A stretch of 64,000 nucleotides of DNA from Neoechinorhynchus agilis (lineage: Eukaryota; Animalia; Acanthocephala), in the NCBI GenBank assembly GCA_051530055.1, contig CM121341.1, positions 3,567,738 to 3,631,737 of the forward strand, given 5' to 3'. Shown here in pieces: positions 38,026 to 49,252 of this stretch. Made by a program: the position numbers and the translations under genes. Within the stretch, counting starts at the first letter, position 1. Each line of letters begins with the position of its first letter. The notes under the pieces were generated by a model, which saw only the letters and a program-made list of their open reading frames with translations, was not told the origin of the DNA and did no database searches.

Positions 38026-39920
38026 TTAATAGAAGTAAAAATTACTTGGTTTCTTGTCCGGCAACACAATGTCGTATTTGCTTGGTAGAGGTCGTCTCGG
38101 ATTTCTTGCGATCAATTCAAGTTCGTACCCATAAACGTCTCTCGGATACTTTTCACGGACAATATCTGCATATCTAAACATAACTTGTCCATAAAATTTT
38201 GCAAAATTGCTTCGTCCCGTAGACTTCTTCAATTTCCGGTCGTCATGCATGGACTGTTCGGTTGTATGACGGCACAATTCGTACATTTGACGGCACAAAG
38301 ATCGATGTCGATCATTGGTGAGGTCACTTAGTCGGCAATAAAGATCTGCCGGAATTGTCAATCGTTCGGTTGGTTGTTGTATAGCCGAAACGATCCGATC
38401 TACACATTGTTTGTTAACGACAATTTCGTGGTTTTCATCAATAGACCATAAAGAATAGACTTGAGGGTCAAGCCAGCAACCATTAGGTCGTGCATTCGAT
38501 CGAAAAAGTTGAAGACTATTCAGTTGGTAAATTGCGAATGTCCATTGTAATCCGTCGGTTAAAGCTAATCGACCCACAAATGGACGGTCCACATCGGTCC
38601 ACATCGAATATCCAAGATGATAAGCTTGTGCCGTAAGTTCTGCGTTCCCAGCCAACATTGCCCAATTCTGTCTTGATTGGAATCGGAATTGACCGTCAGG
38701 ATCAGATGCATCATTTAACCACCACGTTTTCCTTCGTCCACTATCCATCCCAATACTTGAGTACACTGTGAGTAATTGGTGTCGAGATTCAAGACTGTCA
38801 TCGTACCAATTCCCAGGAATTTGTTGATGAATGGTATGATCGGCAAAGATTTTATAGGAAGATGGATGGTATGATGCTGGTGGTGGATTCGACCATCGTT
38901 GACACTCTTCTACAGACCATTGAACGAGAGGAGCATTTGAAGATTTGATTTGAGACAAAGATGATTGTTTGAATTGGAATTCGATCACACGATCGTCCAA
39001 ATGGGCTTTACCTCGTATATTGACAGATTCGAAACCTGATCGTTTCCACCAAGCTGATATAAGAGGAAAGGAGATTTTTTACTGACCATTTAAACCTCCT
39101 TTACGTAAAAGCTTCGGGATTTATAACAATCTCAGACAGTTCACTTAATGCAGGTCGCTTTATACTCACTAGAAATCGCATTAACTCGTTAATAAACGCA
39201 GAAACGCGTTTTTCTTTTGACTCATTTTCACGTTCTTCTCTCAAAATATCCGGCTCATATTGATTTGAATCCAACGGTTCTGGCTGAAAATCTTTAACAT
39301 AAACTTCAATGAGTTTTCTAACATGTTCAATATCCTCATCGCTTACACTCACCTCGTCTGACCAAAGTTGTTCACTTGATCGTTCAATCAAATGAGTGTT
39401 TGTAATGTGTTCAATGAAGGATCTATTTCGTGGACATGCTGTTGACGTTCGGCTATTCAATTGGTATATGGGCTTATGTGCGATGTGTGTGAAGCGTTTA
39501 AACTTCAACTTACTTAACTGGTTAAGATTAAAGTTAAGAATGTTGAGATATAGTCGGTCCTGGGATTGCGATACGACTATTAAGATGACCAAGGATAGCC
39601 ATTCGTTCTGGAATCGTTACGAAATGCTTGAACCAATCCACTTGATCTTGATAAAGCCAAGCAGTCTCAGGCGACATATCTCCCCAATCGTCCAAAGTTG
39701 GAGGGTACAAAGGTTTTACAGGAGGATAATTTCTAACCAATTGTCCACCGTCTTTCGTCTCAGGACATTCATGAAACATATACGGATGCGTTTCCATTCT
39801 TCGCTTTTTTGATTGTTTATTGCCGGGGTGGTTGTACCAAGTGGCCGTTCGTAGTTGACACTTGATCGCATTTGATCGTTTCAGAAGCGAAAAGTTTATT
39901 AAAGAACAAACTGATGGCAT
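38026..39920 (-). CDS. MRPS30: Mitochondrial ribosomal protein S30 (mL65/PDCD9) family, three exons, about 600 aa
   Basis: YPPVKPLYP, SAWW, QFRFQSR, and AQAYHLGYSMWTDVDRPFVGRLALTDGLQWTFAIYQLNSL, matching the family's QAxxLGF..D...P...Q...TDG..F.F..YQLNT. Two frame breaks. Confidence 0.8.
39061..39106 (-). other. Putative hairpin intron 2 in MRPS30 (46 nt)
   Basis: TTT|ACGT...CTT|ATA with TTA repeated; stem AAAGGAGGTTT/AAATCTCCTTT. A GT-AG pair nearby is out of frame by 1 nt. Confidence 0.45.
39496..39551 (-). other. Putative hairpin intron 1 in MRPS30 (46 nt AT..AC at 39496-39541, or 52 nt TA-bounded at 39500-39551)
   Basis: Covers the frameshift. Stems AACTTTAA/TTGAAGTT and CTTAA/TTAAG. 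Confidence 0.45.
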
Positions 39921-40098
39921 ATATCTGGAATGCAGTCTTCTAATTTTCTTAAATTGAATATTCGAAGCAAAAAAAAATTATTCAGAACATTTCTACACTC
40001 ATTTCATCTATAATGAATTACTTTAAAACTGAGAAATGCAAAACCGGACAAAAGTATTTCAGCTCACAAGAATTTATTCGTCTACTATAAAGTTGAGC

Positions 40099-41401
40099 TC
40101 AACTCATATCGAGTGCATCGTCATCATCTCCCGAACTTCCATCATCGTCATCATCATCGTCTTCTTCATCATCAATAACGACTCGGTCATCGTCATCGTC
40201 GTCTTCAGAATCCACAGAATCACCTTCAACTTCAGTTGTAATGTCCAATCGAACTTCTTCACCAGTGGCTTCCTTAGCTTCAATCTTGCTCTCAAGAGCT
40301 ATAGCAAACGCTTTTAGATCTCCACGAGTACATGCGTCAGCTATTGATTGATCTGTTGGTAAATCGAATTGTTCAACACTAAAACTCCCACTGGTTATAA
40401 GACTAAGTAATTCACGTAAACGCCCGCAGAGTCCGAATAAGCGACCCTAGACCGGATGAACTCAGCGGGCTTAACCTTTGCATGACTTGAGGACTCCGAA
40501 GAGCCTGCTCTACACCATTCAACGTGTGTTCAATTCCTTCGGGTAAATGTTCAATGAGCCTACTAAGTGAACTCGGACGATTAAGAAGAGGTCGAAGATG
40601 ATCTGCACTAAGAATCTCGTGGTATTTAATACGAGCAGTCTCCGTTGATGGAGCTACTTGTGAAGACGTAATGGAAGCTGATTGAGCTCTTCGATAGCCT
40701 TCAATCGAGGAACGCAATTGATCAAGACCAACACGAGATGCCGGTGTTCCAGTGGCCGCTCGACGTGGCCGTTGTTGACCACTTGATCCAGGTCGCCCGG
40801 CTCGTGTTATCAGTCGTTGGTTTCCATCAACATTCCGGACTGTAATAGGCCCGATGGACACTTCACCACCGGTTGGGATTCTTTGAAGGATTTCATAGAG
40901 TTCATTTCGATCCATAGCAAGAGCCAAGTCCATGAGATTAGCTGATCCCATTACTCCAGATCTTGATTGAGGACGTTCATTGGATTCGTAGAGCAGAACC
41001 GAACTGGGATCTTTAACAAGCGATTCCACTTTTTTCCAAAGGAAATCATCATTAGTTGAACTAAGTTCCTGCATCCAAAAGAAAAGTCGATTATTTTCAA
41101 TGGTCGCTTTTAATTTCAACATAAACACACGTTTAGCCTTAGATGGATCCACTTTTACGAATTCGATTTCATTCTGAATCACGATCAGATCAACCTCTGG
41201 CTCAGACATTGAACCACGTTCCTTCCATTGAACATGAAGAGTGCTATCACGAACACTCATATAAAAAAGACCTTTTCGTAAATCCGGACGAACGGCCTTA
41301 CCGTCAAATATCATCCGGCCCGCTTTGAACTCTACCAAATTCCCGGTCCGTGATTGACCATCCACCTGAGACGACGACGATCCGCCAAATATCGCAGTCA
41401 T
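40099..41401 (-). CDS. ADRM1: Proteasomal ubiquitin receptor Rpn13/ADRM1, two exons, about 415 aa
   Basis: Pru domain LVEFKAGRM, RKGL, RVFMLK and RLFFWMQE; C-terminal ALRSPQ..EQFDLP..GDLKAFA and an acidic tail ending DMS. Confidence 0.92.
40417..40471 (-). other. Putative hairpin intron in ADRM1 (55 nt, TTA-bounded)
   Basis: AGGTTA|AGCCC...GTTTA|CGT; stem GCCCGCTGAGTTC/GGACTCTGCGGGC. Removal gives SPQVMQRLRELLSLITSG, the same length as human SPQFQQALGMFSAALASG. A 73-nt GT-AG alternative exists. Confidence 0.5.
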
Positions 41402-41574
41402 TTTTTGAATTCCACTCTCAATAGCTTGTTTACTTCGGTAGCCCCAAAGATTCTTTCGCAGAAATAGAGGATGTTCGAACAAAAACGCATCTTCAAAATG
41501 AGCTCAGATTTCGTTTAAAACTTTATCAATCATGCGACTTTTTAAAACGTTGTTAAAATGTTAAATCAGCCGGT

Positions 41575-41810
41575 ACGGCGGACGGGAGGAAGGTACGAAA
41601 ATATAGAGAATTAGCAAGGACCCACTATTTTGTCCCCTTCGGAGTAGAGACGTATGGAGCGCTTGGCAACTCGGCACTTTTCTCCAGGATCTGTCGAAGA
41701 ATGCGACAAAATATCTCGCTTGCAGTACAACGAGGCAATGCTCCTCAGCCGATCAAGGAAAGAAGCTCTAATTTTGCGGACGGTGGTTATTGCACGTTTT
41801 TTACTTTATT
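41575..41810 (+). mobile_element. 3' fragment of CRE-like retrotransposon
   Basis: RKYRELARTHYFVPFGVETYGALG and QNISLAVQRGNA. Confidence 0.8.
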
Positions 41811-42094
41811 ATTATATTTGACTGAGCGACAAAAAAACACTGACTTCAACAACCTTGATAATGAAGGCGTACAAAATTGAAACTTCGAAATATCGGATCC
41901 GTTACCGACGATGACGCACAACCAAAAGGGGGAGAAATACCTTGATGAAGGGAGTCCCGCCTTCTGGTGGTATCTGTGGATCCGGAGGATGTTTAATAAA
42001 TCTAAAACAGTAAGACTTGATTTTTTTCGAAAATGTATCTTTTATTTTCAAATACTTTGATTTCACTCATTTTGCATTTTTTAACTTTTCTAGG

Positions 42095-42370
42095 TTTTAA
42101 CATAATAAAGTACAAAACGTGCAATCACGACCGTCCGCAAAAACGGAGCTTCTCTCCTTCCTCGGCCTCGTTGTACTGCAAGCGAGATATTTTGACGCAG
42201 GAATACACCTGCCCGTGTGTCGCCGCTCATTTCTCTCAATTTCTTCGAGAGATCCTGGAGAAAAGTGCCGAGCTGCCAAGCGCTCCATACGTCTCTACTC
42301 CGAAGGGGGCAAAATAGTGGGTCCTTGCTAATTCTCTCTATTTTCGTACTTCCTTCCGCTGCACTGGCTG
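42095..42370 (-). mobile_element. 3' fragment of CRE-like retrotransposon, inverted relative to the 41.6 kb copy
   Basis: LREMSGDTRAGVFLRQNISLAVQRG; closely similar to 41575-41810. Confidence 0.8.
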
Positions 42371-43115
42371 CAGCTCCAGCCATAAACAAACTTAATTCAA
42401 CTTCTTTTTTGTAACTATAGTTCATAAAGGCCGAAGAAAAAAGAATAGAAATTTCACTCTGAACTTTGTTCTCCAACCATTCAAGGAACTCATCGACAAA
42501 ATCCTTCGGGCTAATCAAAGTATATACTTTTGGTGAAAATAATCAACCGATTCCCCGCACTCGACCATAAAACTTTAATGTGTAAAACCCATTTTTAGAT
42601 GACTGAGGTGGCGAGGTTACTTCGTTCGAATTATTTCCCCTATAAATCAATGTATAATTCAAAGAGCTCTTCATTCTTGATTGCTACTATTTAAAATCAT
42701 AAATAAAATGAAGAATACGGGAAAAAAATCTCGTCAGCTGTTTTGTTTTGAACAATTTCAACGAAAACGACCTTAAAAAACAAATCTTCCATATTCGATC
42801 GAGGACGCTACCGACGATTTATCTTTGTCTCTAGGAAAATCTATGACAGAGCCGTTTTATGCGAGATTTCTGAACGCTGTTCTGTCGTATGAACCTTTTT
42901 ATGGGTTTCTGGGAACACTTGAGTGCTTTAGTTTTCGCGCAAAATCGTGAATTTCCCAATTGACTGTGGATTTTGTAAGTAAAAAAACATAATTTGCCCA
43001 TAGAACAAGGTTTAAAGAGTTTAATTAAATACTTTACTGGGAAACTAGTTTATTTCTCAATTCGAACGCTTGCCCCCTTTATCGCTTTTGTGTAAAAAAA
43101 GAGAAAAAATTAACT

Positions 43116-43370
43116 TCAGTTTCAATTAGCGATGTTTGATTCAGAAATAGATTTATCTTGAAAATTTTCGGCCTTTTCGTTGGCCTTCTTCAGTCAATTG
43201 ATTGTAAGTTTTTAAATATTCGAGTTTCTCGAATATTTCAAAACTTACAATCAGACACGAACTCGAATATTGTAAAACTTGCAATCAATTGACTGAAGAA
43301 GGTCAACGAAAAGGCCGAAAATTTTCAAGATAAATCTATTTCTGAATCAAACATCGCTAATTGAAACTGA
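43116..43370. mobile_element. Foldback MITE with arms of about 100 bp
   Basis: TCAGTTTCAATTAGCG...GTAAGTTTTT mirrored by AAAACTTGCAATC...CGCTAATTGAAACTGA. Confidence 0.85.
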
Positions 43371-43626
43371 AACTATAATGAATAATTTCTTTACAAAAAA
43401 TTAACTAACAAATAGACGTTCACTCTATTATTAATGTTGAGTTTTTAACTAAATATGGTTTACATAGAATTTTTGTATTTGCATTTTAAAATAAAAATTC
43501 TATATATTGTCCAATAGATCGTCTTAGCGACCAAAAAAGTTCGACTTGTTTAATTCACAATCTGTCCACTGTTTATTATTGATATTTTGATCAATTTTTT
43601 GGACAGGGGGAAATGACACTATGGCT

Positions 43627-43778
43627 GTTGTAATGATAAAAAGAAATTCTTTATTTTCGAGAGCCTTCGCCGCCTTATGGCTTAAGCTCATTCTTAAAGC
43701 TTTCAAGCAACTCCTGAACTTAAGCTATAAGACGGCGAAAACTCTCGAAAATAAAGATTTTCTTTTTATCATTACAAC
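43627..43778. mobile_element. Foldback element with arms of about 62 bp
   Basis: GTTGTAATGATAAAAAGAAA...CTTAAGCTCA mirrored by TGAACTTAAG...TTTTTATCATTACAAC. Confidence 0.8.
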
Positions 43779-43937
43779 AACACCGCGGTTGTAAAAACAA
43801 GTAGTATATTACAAGATTATTGATATTTTACATTCGGCCTCTTGCGTCGATTGACTTTCACACTTAAATTTGTTAATGGCGTGAATCGCTGCTTGGTTTT
43901 CTAGATTTGTTTTTACAAAATGAACGACCTTCTCATC

Positions 43938-44617
43938 TTACTTTTATATCATTTTGTAAGGAAGGACGAACTATTTAGTAAAAGACTTTTATTCTAATTA
44001 CTTTTTCAGTCAATAATCGTAACGAAATCAATGATCAACTTTAAGGGTTTACAGTGGACAATAGGTCACAATAATTGATCAAAAAATTTAAGTTAATTTG
44101 ATTTAACTTGACATTTGTAGGACCTACAGATATAGTTTATTTATTTACCTAGCTTTCGCCGTATGAGGGCTTCGACTGGGCAATTGTAAATTAATATAAT
44201 CGATTTAGTCGATTAGGTCATACGGCGAAAGCTAGGCAAATAAATAAACTATATCTGTAGATCAGAATTATTGTTTAGAAGTCTACATCCGCGGTAAATG
44301 ATTATTTCGATTAAAAACGTTGGTCGAACCTCGTCGAGTTCATCATCAGTTTGTTTGTCAGTATGAACCCGACGAGGCTCGCAGAACGTTTTTAATCGAA
44401 ATAATCATTTACCGCGGGTGAAGACTTCTAAACAATAATTCTCTAATCTAATGGCCGGTACCTCCTCGCACATGATTAATTATTGTGACCCATTGTCCAC
44501 TGTAAACCTCTTAAAGTTGATCATTCATTTCGTTACGATTATTGACTGAAAAAGTAACTAGAATAAAAGTCTTTTACTAAATAGTTCGTCTTTCTTTACA
44601 AAATGACATAAAAGTAA
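43938..44617. mobile_element. Nested foldback complex: outer TA-flanked MITE (arms about 140 bp) holding two inner foldbacks (44124-44260, 44264-44442)
   Basis: Outer TA|CTTTTATATCA...TGACATAAAAG|TA; inner TA|CAGATATAG...CTATATCTG|TA; second inner AGAATTATTG...CAATAATTCT. Confidence 0.85.
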
Positions 44618-45013
44618 AACCCCGACTTGAGCTTTTTATCAATATCGGCTTTTGCCTCATTTTCAGGATGCCGCCGAGAAATGAAATTACTCGAGAATTT
44701 AATTGGTAAAAGGTCCACATTGATGCTTTATTTCTCATTTTTCTTTGGAGAGATAAAAATGCCTTATGACGGAAAGCACGCTAAATCGATATTGTTGATG
44801 GCAATTAACGATCGATCGGTTGATGCCAGCCTACACATTCATAATCCCCCGGATAAAAGACGTATTTAGTGATATATTTCGTGAGAGGAATCCTTGTCAG
44901 TCATCCAAAAATATTTGGTACGAGCGAACATTCCGTCCCCGAACCTCCGAAATGAGGATCTCGCGTTCCCGAGCTATTCAATACAAAACAACTAAAACTT
45001 TTTTAGACAACTT

Positions 45014-45700
45014 ATGAGGCCTTCTCTTTTGAAATATCTGAATAAAATATTTTTTATCCGTAGGAGCATTATGATCATCGCAACATCTCCAACTCTATGA
45101 TCCCGAAGGATTTTCTCTTGATTGTTAAATTGTGGAACACTCACGACAGGGAGAAAAATCGCAGCTCAAAAAAGGAATAAAATGTAAGGAAATTCCCATT
45201 GGTTCCTTCAAATTTATTCATTTCAAGTAAATAATCTCGAAGATCATCTTAGAAACAATCATTGACATGAGGCTTCCTCTTTTGAAATATCTGAATAAAA
45301 TATTTTTTATCCGTAGGAGCATTATGATCATCGCAACATCTCCAACTCTATGATCCCGAAGGATTTTCTCTTGATTGTTAAATTGTGGAACACTCACGAC
45401 AGGGAGAAAAATCGCAGCTCAAAAAAGGAATAAAATGTAAGGAAATTCCCATTGGTTCCTTCAAATTTATTCATTTCAAGTAAATAACCTCGAAGATCAT
45501 CTTAGAAACAATCATTGACATGAGGCTTCCTCTTTTAAATATCTGAATAAAAAAATTTTATCCGTAGGAGCATTATGATCATCTCCACATCTCCAACTCT
45601 ATGATCCCGAAGGACTTTCTCTTGTTTGTTAAATTGTGGAACACTCGCGACAGGGAGAAAAACCGCAGCTCAAAAAAGGAAATGTGACGAAATTCCCATT
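45014..45700. repeat. Tandem repeat, unit about 253 bp, about 2.7 copies
   Basis: ATGAGGC..CTCTTTT recurs at about 45014, 45268 and 45520. Confidence 0.9.
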
Positions 45701-45978
45701 GTTTCATTGTATCTTCAAAGGTTTTAACTTGCTGAATAAGTTCCATGGCAATATTGTTTTTTGAGATTTCGTACAAATCTTAGAAGAAGCCCAGCATTTA
45801 GTGTTTTTCATTGAAAAATTCGACAAGTCCAATAAATATTTTTCAAACTGATTGGCGTATTAAAAAGCAAGATATTGTTAGATATGATTTTTATAATCAA
45901 TGTACGTTTAAATATTCGTTATTATTAGCGTTTGTTTAAAAAAAAGAGTACGTTTGGTCGTTTTTCGCTCACCTAAAG

Positions 45979-48900
45979 ATGACTTCACCTGCGACAAAAA
46001 GTGACCAGGAATTGGGTAACGATGAGTTCGGTAAGGGTAATTATAACGAAGCCATTAGTCACTACAATCGAGCAATCAACAAATGTCCTAAAAGTCGTGT
46101 TCCGTGCCTTACGAACCGATCGCTTTGCTTTCTTCGTCTTGGTGACAATGATAAAGCCCTCAATGATGCAATGGAAGCTCTTAGACTCGATCCGTTTTAC
46201 ATTAAAGCGATTTATCGGAAAGCATGTGCCTTAGAGAAACTAGGAAGACTGAGTGAAGCTTATGTTGAGACTAAAGAATTAATGGTACGCAATCCAGGCG
46301 ATAAATCGTTCCAATCATTGTACACAAGATTGAGTACTGATCTTAAACAACAAATAGATGAACAAAGTTCGACAAAAGCTCAAATTGACGCAGCAGCCAA
46401 AGCGATTGTGGATGCATCCGATAGAGATGGAGTATATAACCATCTACGAAAATTGGTCCATTTCGTCCAACGAGGCAGCGGAGCGAGGCAACTCGGAGAG
46501 CCTTACATGTTGGATCTTAAACACTTTTTAGAGACACTGTTCATCACGGCGAAGTTGAAGTGATGAACTTTGTTGTACATTATCCAGATTCAGAATGTCA
46601 GTGTTTGGCTTTTAAATTTTTTGAAGAAATCTGTAAAGAATCAGTAAAGCGGTCTAAGTTTGTATTGACACAAGTAATCGAATGTGATAATCTTGTTAGG
46701 ATTATTGCTCATTCGGAGAAAAAAGAAGTGTCCGCATCCGCTAGTGCTTTACTTGACACTGCCATCTATTGGATATCTGACTTGGAGGCAAGGAGAAAAG
46801 AGAAGAAACCAATCAACGTTCCGTATAAATTCGATGAAAGTGCTCAGAAACTCATTGATGAAGTGTTTCGTAATTCTGGATACTGGTTAGACGAGCCGAG
46901 TTGTCTGTCACACGGCCGTGATAATTTCCTTCGATTTGTGATAAAATACGCCGATAGAGAGCAATCGTTAGCCTGGTCAGCTCGATATATTTCGTTCGGG
47001 ATCCCTAAAGTCCTTAGAATTGCTGGATCGATCGCATCTTATCCACGGTACCTTCCAATGAGTCCCGACACAACGATGTTGGCAACATGCACTCTTGGTT
47101 CAATCTATGATGATCTTTGCTCTGATCCAGAACGAGAGCTGTTTCGTCAAACATGCGAATCATTCATCAACGACTTATTGGTCAATTGCAATGAAGACAA
47201 CGCTTATGCGTTCAAAGTAAAGGCAATTCAATGCCTCATCTGTATTCTACAAGGAGTTTTTGATGTTGGAAATTCCATTCTTGGAAGTCATAGTCTTGTC
47301 CCGGTTATAATGGAACTCGCATCATCAGGCAATGCTACCGAACAGAAAATCGCATTAGACGCTCTTTTACTTTCTTCATCCAAAGCAGACAAGGCTGCTG
47401 GATTGCTTTCAAGTGGATTAGAAGTACTCAAAGTGCTTTTTAAATCAACGAACGAGGATGTACAAGTGCGGGCCCTCGTAGGTCTGTGTAATGTTTTGTG
47501 GAGGTTCTTGTTTTTTGAACGAATATTCTAGTATTTTAACCATTTCTCGAATTTTTGGCACTGAGGAGACAATGGAGGAAAATACACGCATTATTTCGTT
47601 CCCTTTGGCGTCTGGTAAAAAGAATCTGAACCACGCATAAAAAGTTAAAACTTTAGTATTCGCTCCTTTATCAGTTGCAAAGTTTGAAATTCACGAAAAT
47701 GAATTCTACTAGGATGGATCTTTTTTTGAAATTAACAGTCTTTTTTATAGAAGAAGTTGAAATAATTCCAAAAGTGACCTCCACAAACAATAAAGTTGTT
47801 TCGTGCAAGGGTACTGATTACAGTAAACGGACAATATCGGAGACAGGATTTCAAAGACTAACAAAAGCCTGTATAGATTTTCTTTGTTCCTCGATATACG
47901 ACCGGAAACGCCATGCGATTGACGGCCTCGCTTACTTGACTTTGGACGCTGACGTTAAAGAGGAGCTTTTAGGAAACGAAATAGCAATGAAGGAGCTTTT
48001 TAGTGTTTGCCAGGAGGCTGAGAAAGCGGAACACGGTAGTCAGGAGACTGCATTTTCCGCGACAGTTATAATTTCTAATCTTTCGAATGCTGAGCCACTT
48101 AAGAGGCCGGACGAAGAAATGGTAAAATTGGCTAAATATGCACAGCATCACATTCCCGTTTCACATCCTAAAGACAGTGAGGAGTACATAAAGAAAAGAC
48201 GAAGCCGACTCGTCCATTTGGGCGTATGTTCAATTCTGAATTTCCTCGCAAAACAGAAAAGTGAGTCTTGTTGTCTCACAGTTGCAAAGATATTTTGTGC
48301 ATTATCAGAGGAACAAAGTCATCGAGGTGAAATAGTAGCCGCTGGTGCTGCAAAGACATTAGTTCCTTTGTCTTCAAAGACCCGTTCATCTTCTTCATTT
48401 GCATCAAGAGCCATTTCTAAGCTGGCAATTAGTTGTAATCCGGAGATGGCATTTCCTGGTGAACGGTGTGTTGAAGTGGTCGATAGTGTATGTGGTCTCC
48501 TTCATCCGGACAATAGTGGACTCGATAATTTTGAAGCTTTACTCGCTTTAACGAATCTAGCAACTGTTAGTTCATTAGTGAGATCAAAGATGCTAAAGGA
48601 ACACTATAGCGATATTGAACATTACATGTTCGAAGAACATGAGATGATCAGACGTGCTGCTACAGAGGTCGTCTGTAATCTTGCTTGCGAACATGAATGT
48701 CGACTAAAGTATGAAGGTGAAAACGATCGAGTTAAATTGCTAGTGGCACTGTGTGGCGAAGATGATCTTCTTTTGAACAAAGCAGCAGCCGGTGCTCTAT
48801 GCCAACTCACTGATCAATCACTGATTATATGCCGAAAAGTGCTGGAAGTAAAAACTTTCAATGGCATCTTTAAAGAACTCATGACTTCTGATGATGCCGA

Positions 48901-49135
48901 ACTACAATTCAGAGCGTTTTATGTTGTTCAAAACATAATGAACAAAGATGATTCAATGGATCTTTTGAAATGTATCGTAGCCAGCGAATTAATGGATGTA
49001 ATTATGGCAATGACGAGAATTGAATTAAGTAACGACGATGTGAACCGTAAACGAGTTGTAGACATTGCCAATGAAATTGTAAAGTTCTGCCTCCAACAGG
49101 AGTTCATCAAGCCAGGCGTAGATGCGTTCAATTAA
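45979..49135 (+). CDS. UNC45: UNC-45 myosin chaperone (TPR, central and UCS domains), three exons, 935 aa
   Basis: TPR GNDEFGKGNY..NRSLCFLRL..KAIYRKA; VRALVGLC; GLAYLTLDADVKE; LLHPD..GLDNFEALLALTNLA; IEHYMFEEHEMIRRAATE. Exon lengths 553+911+1344 = 2808 nt. Confidence 0.95.
46530..46578 (+). other. Putative non-canonical hairpin intron 1 in UNC-45 (47 nt; TA-bounded 46530-46576 or AG..AC 46532-46578)
   Basis: Covers the frameshift; perfect 9-bp inverted repeat GTTCATCAC/GTGATGAAC; no in-phase GT-AG nearby. Confidence 0.6.
47490..47791 (+). other. Putative non-canonical intron 2 in UNC-45 (302 nt, TAA duplicated, terminal inverted repeats)
   Basis: TGT|AATGTTTTGTGGAGGT...ACCTCCACAAACAAT|AAAGTT. 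Removal gives VGLCKVVSCKGTDYS, aligning without gaps to VGLCKLGSAGGTDFS. Confidence 0.75.
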
Positions 49136-49252
49136 ACTTTTTGTCGCGTTAGTCGAAAACAATATTGATTTTTTTGGGCTGGCTAAATGGTGGGCGCACG
49201 TTTTTTTTTATTTTAGGTTGCTAAATTCAACAACTGTCAAAAAACGACAACG

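Noticed and set aside
40091-40104. Perfect palindrome AGTTGAGCTCAACT overlapping the ADRM1 stop
   Set aside because: Single short occurrence with no supporting context; cannot be distinguished from chance.
46520-46563. Programmed -1 ribosomal frameshift in UNC-45
   Set aside because: CTTTTTA is not a full X XXY YYZ slippery site, and the hairpin-insert or indel explanations fit better.
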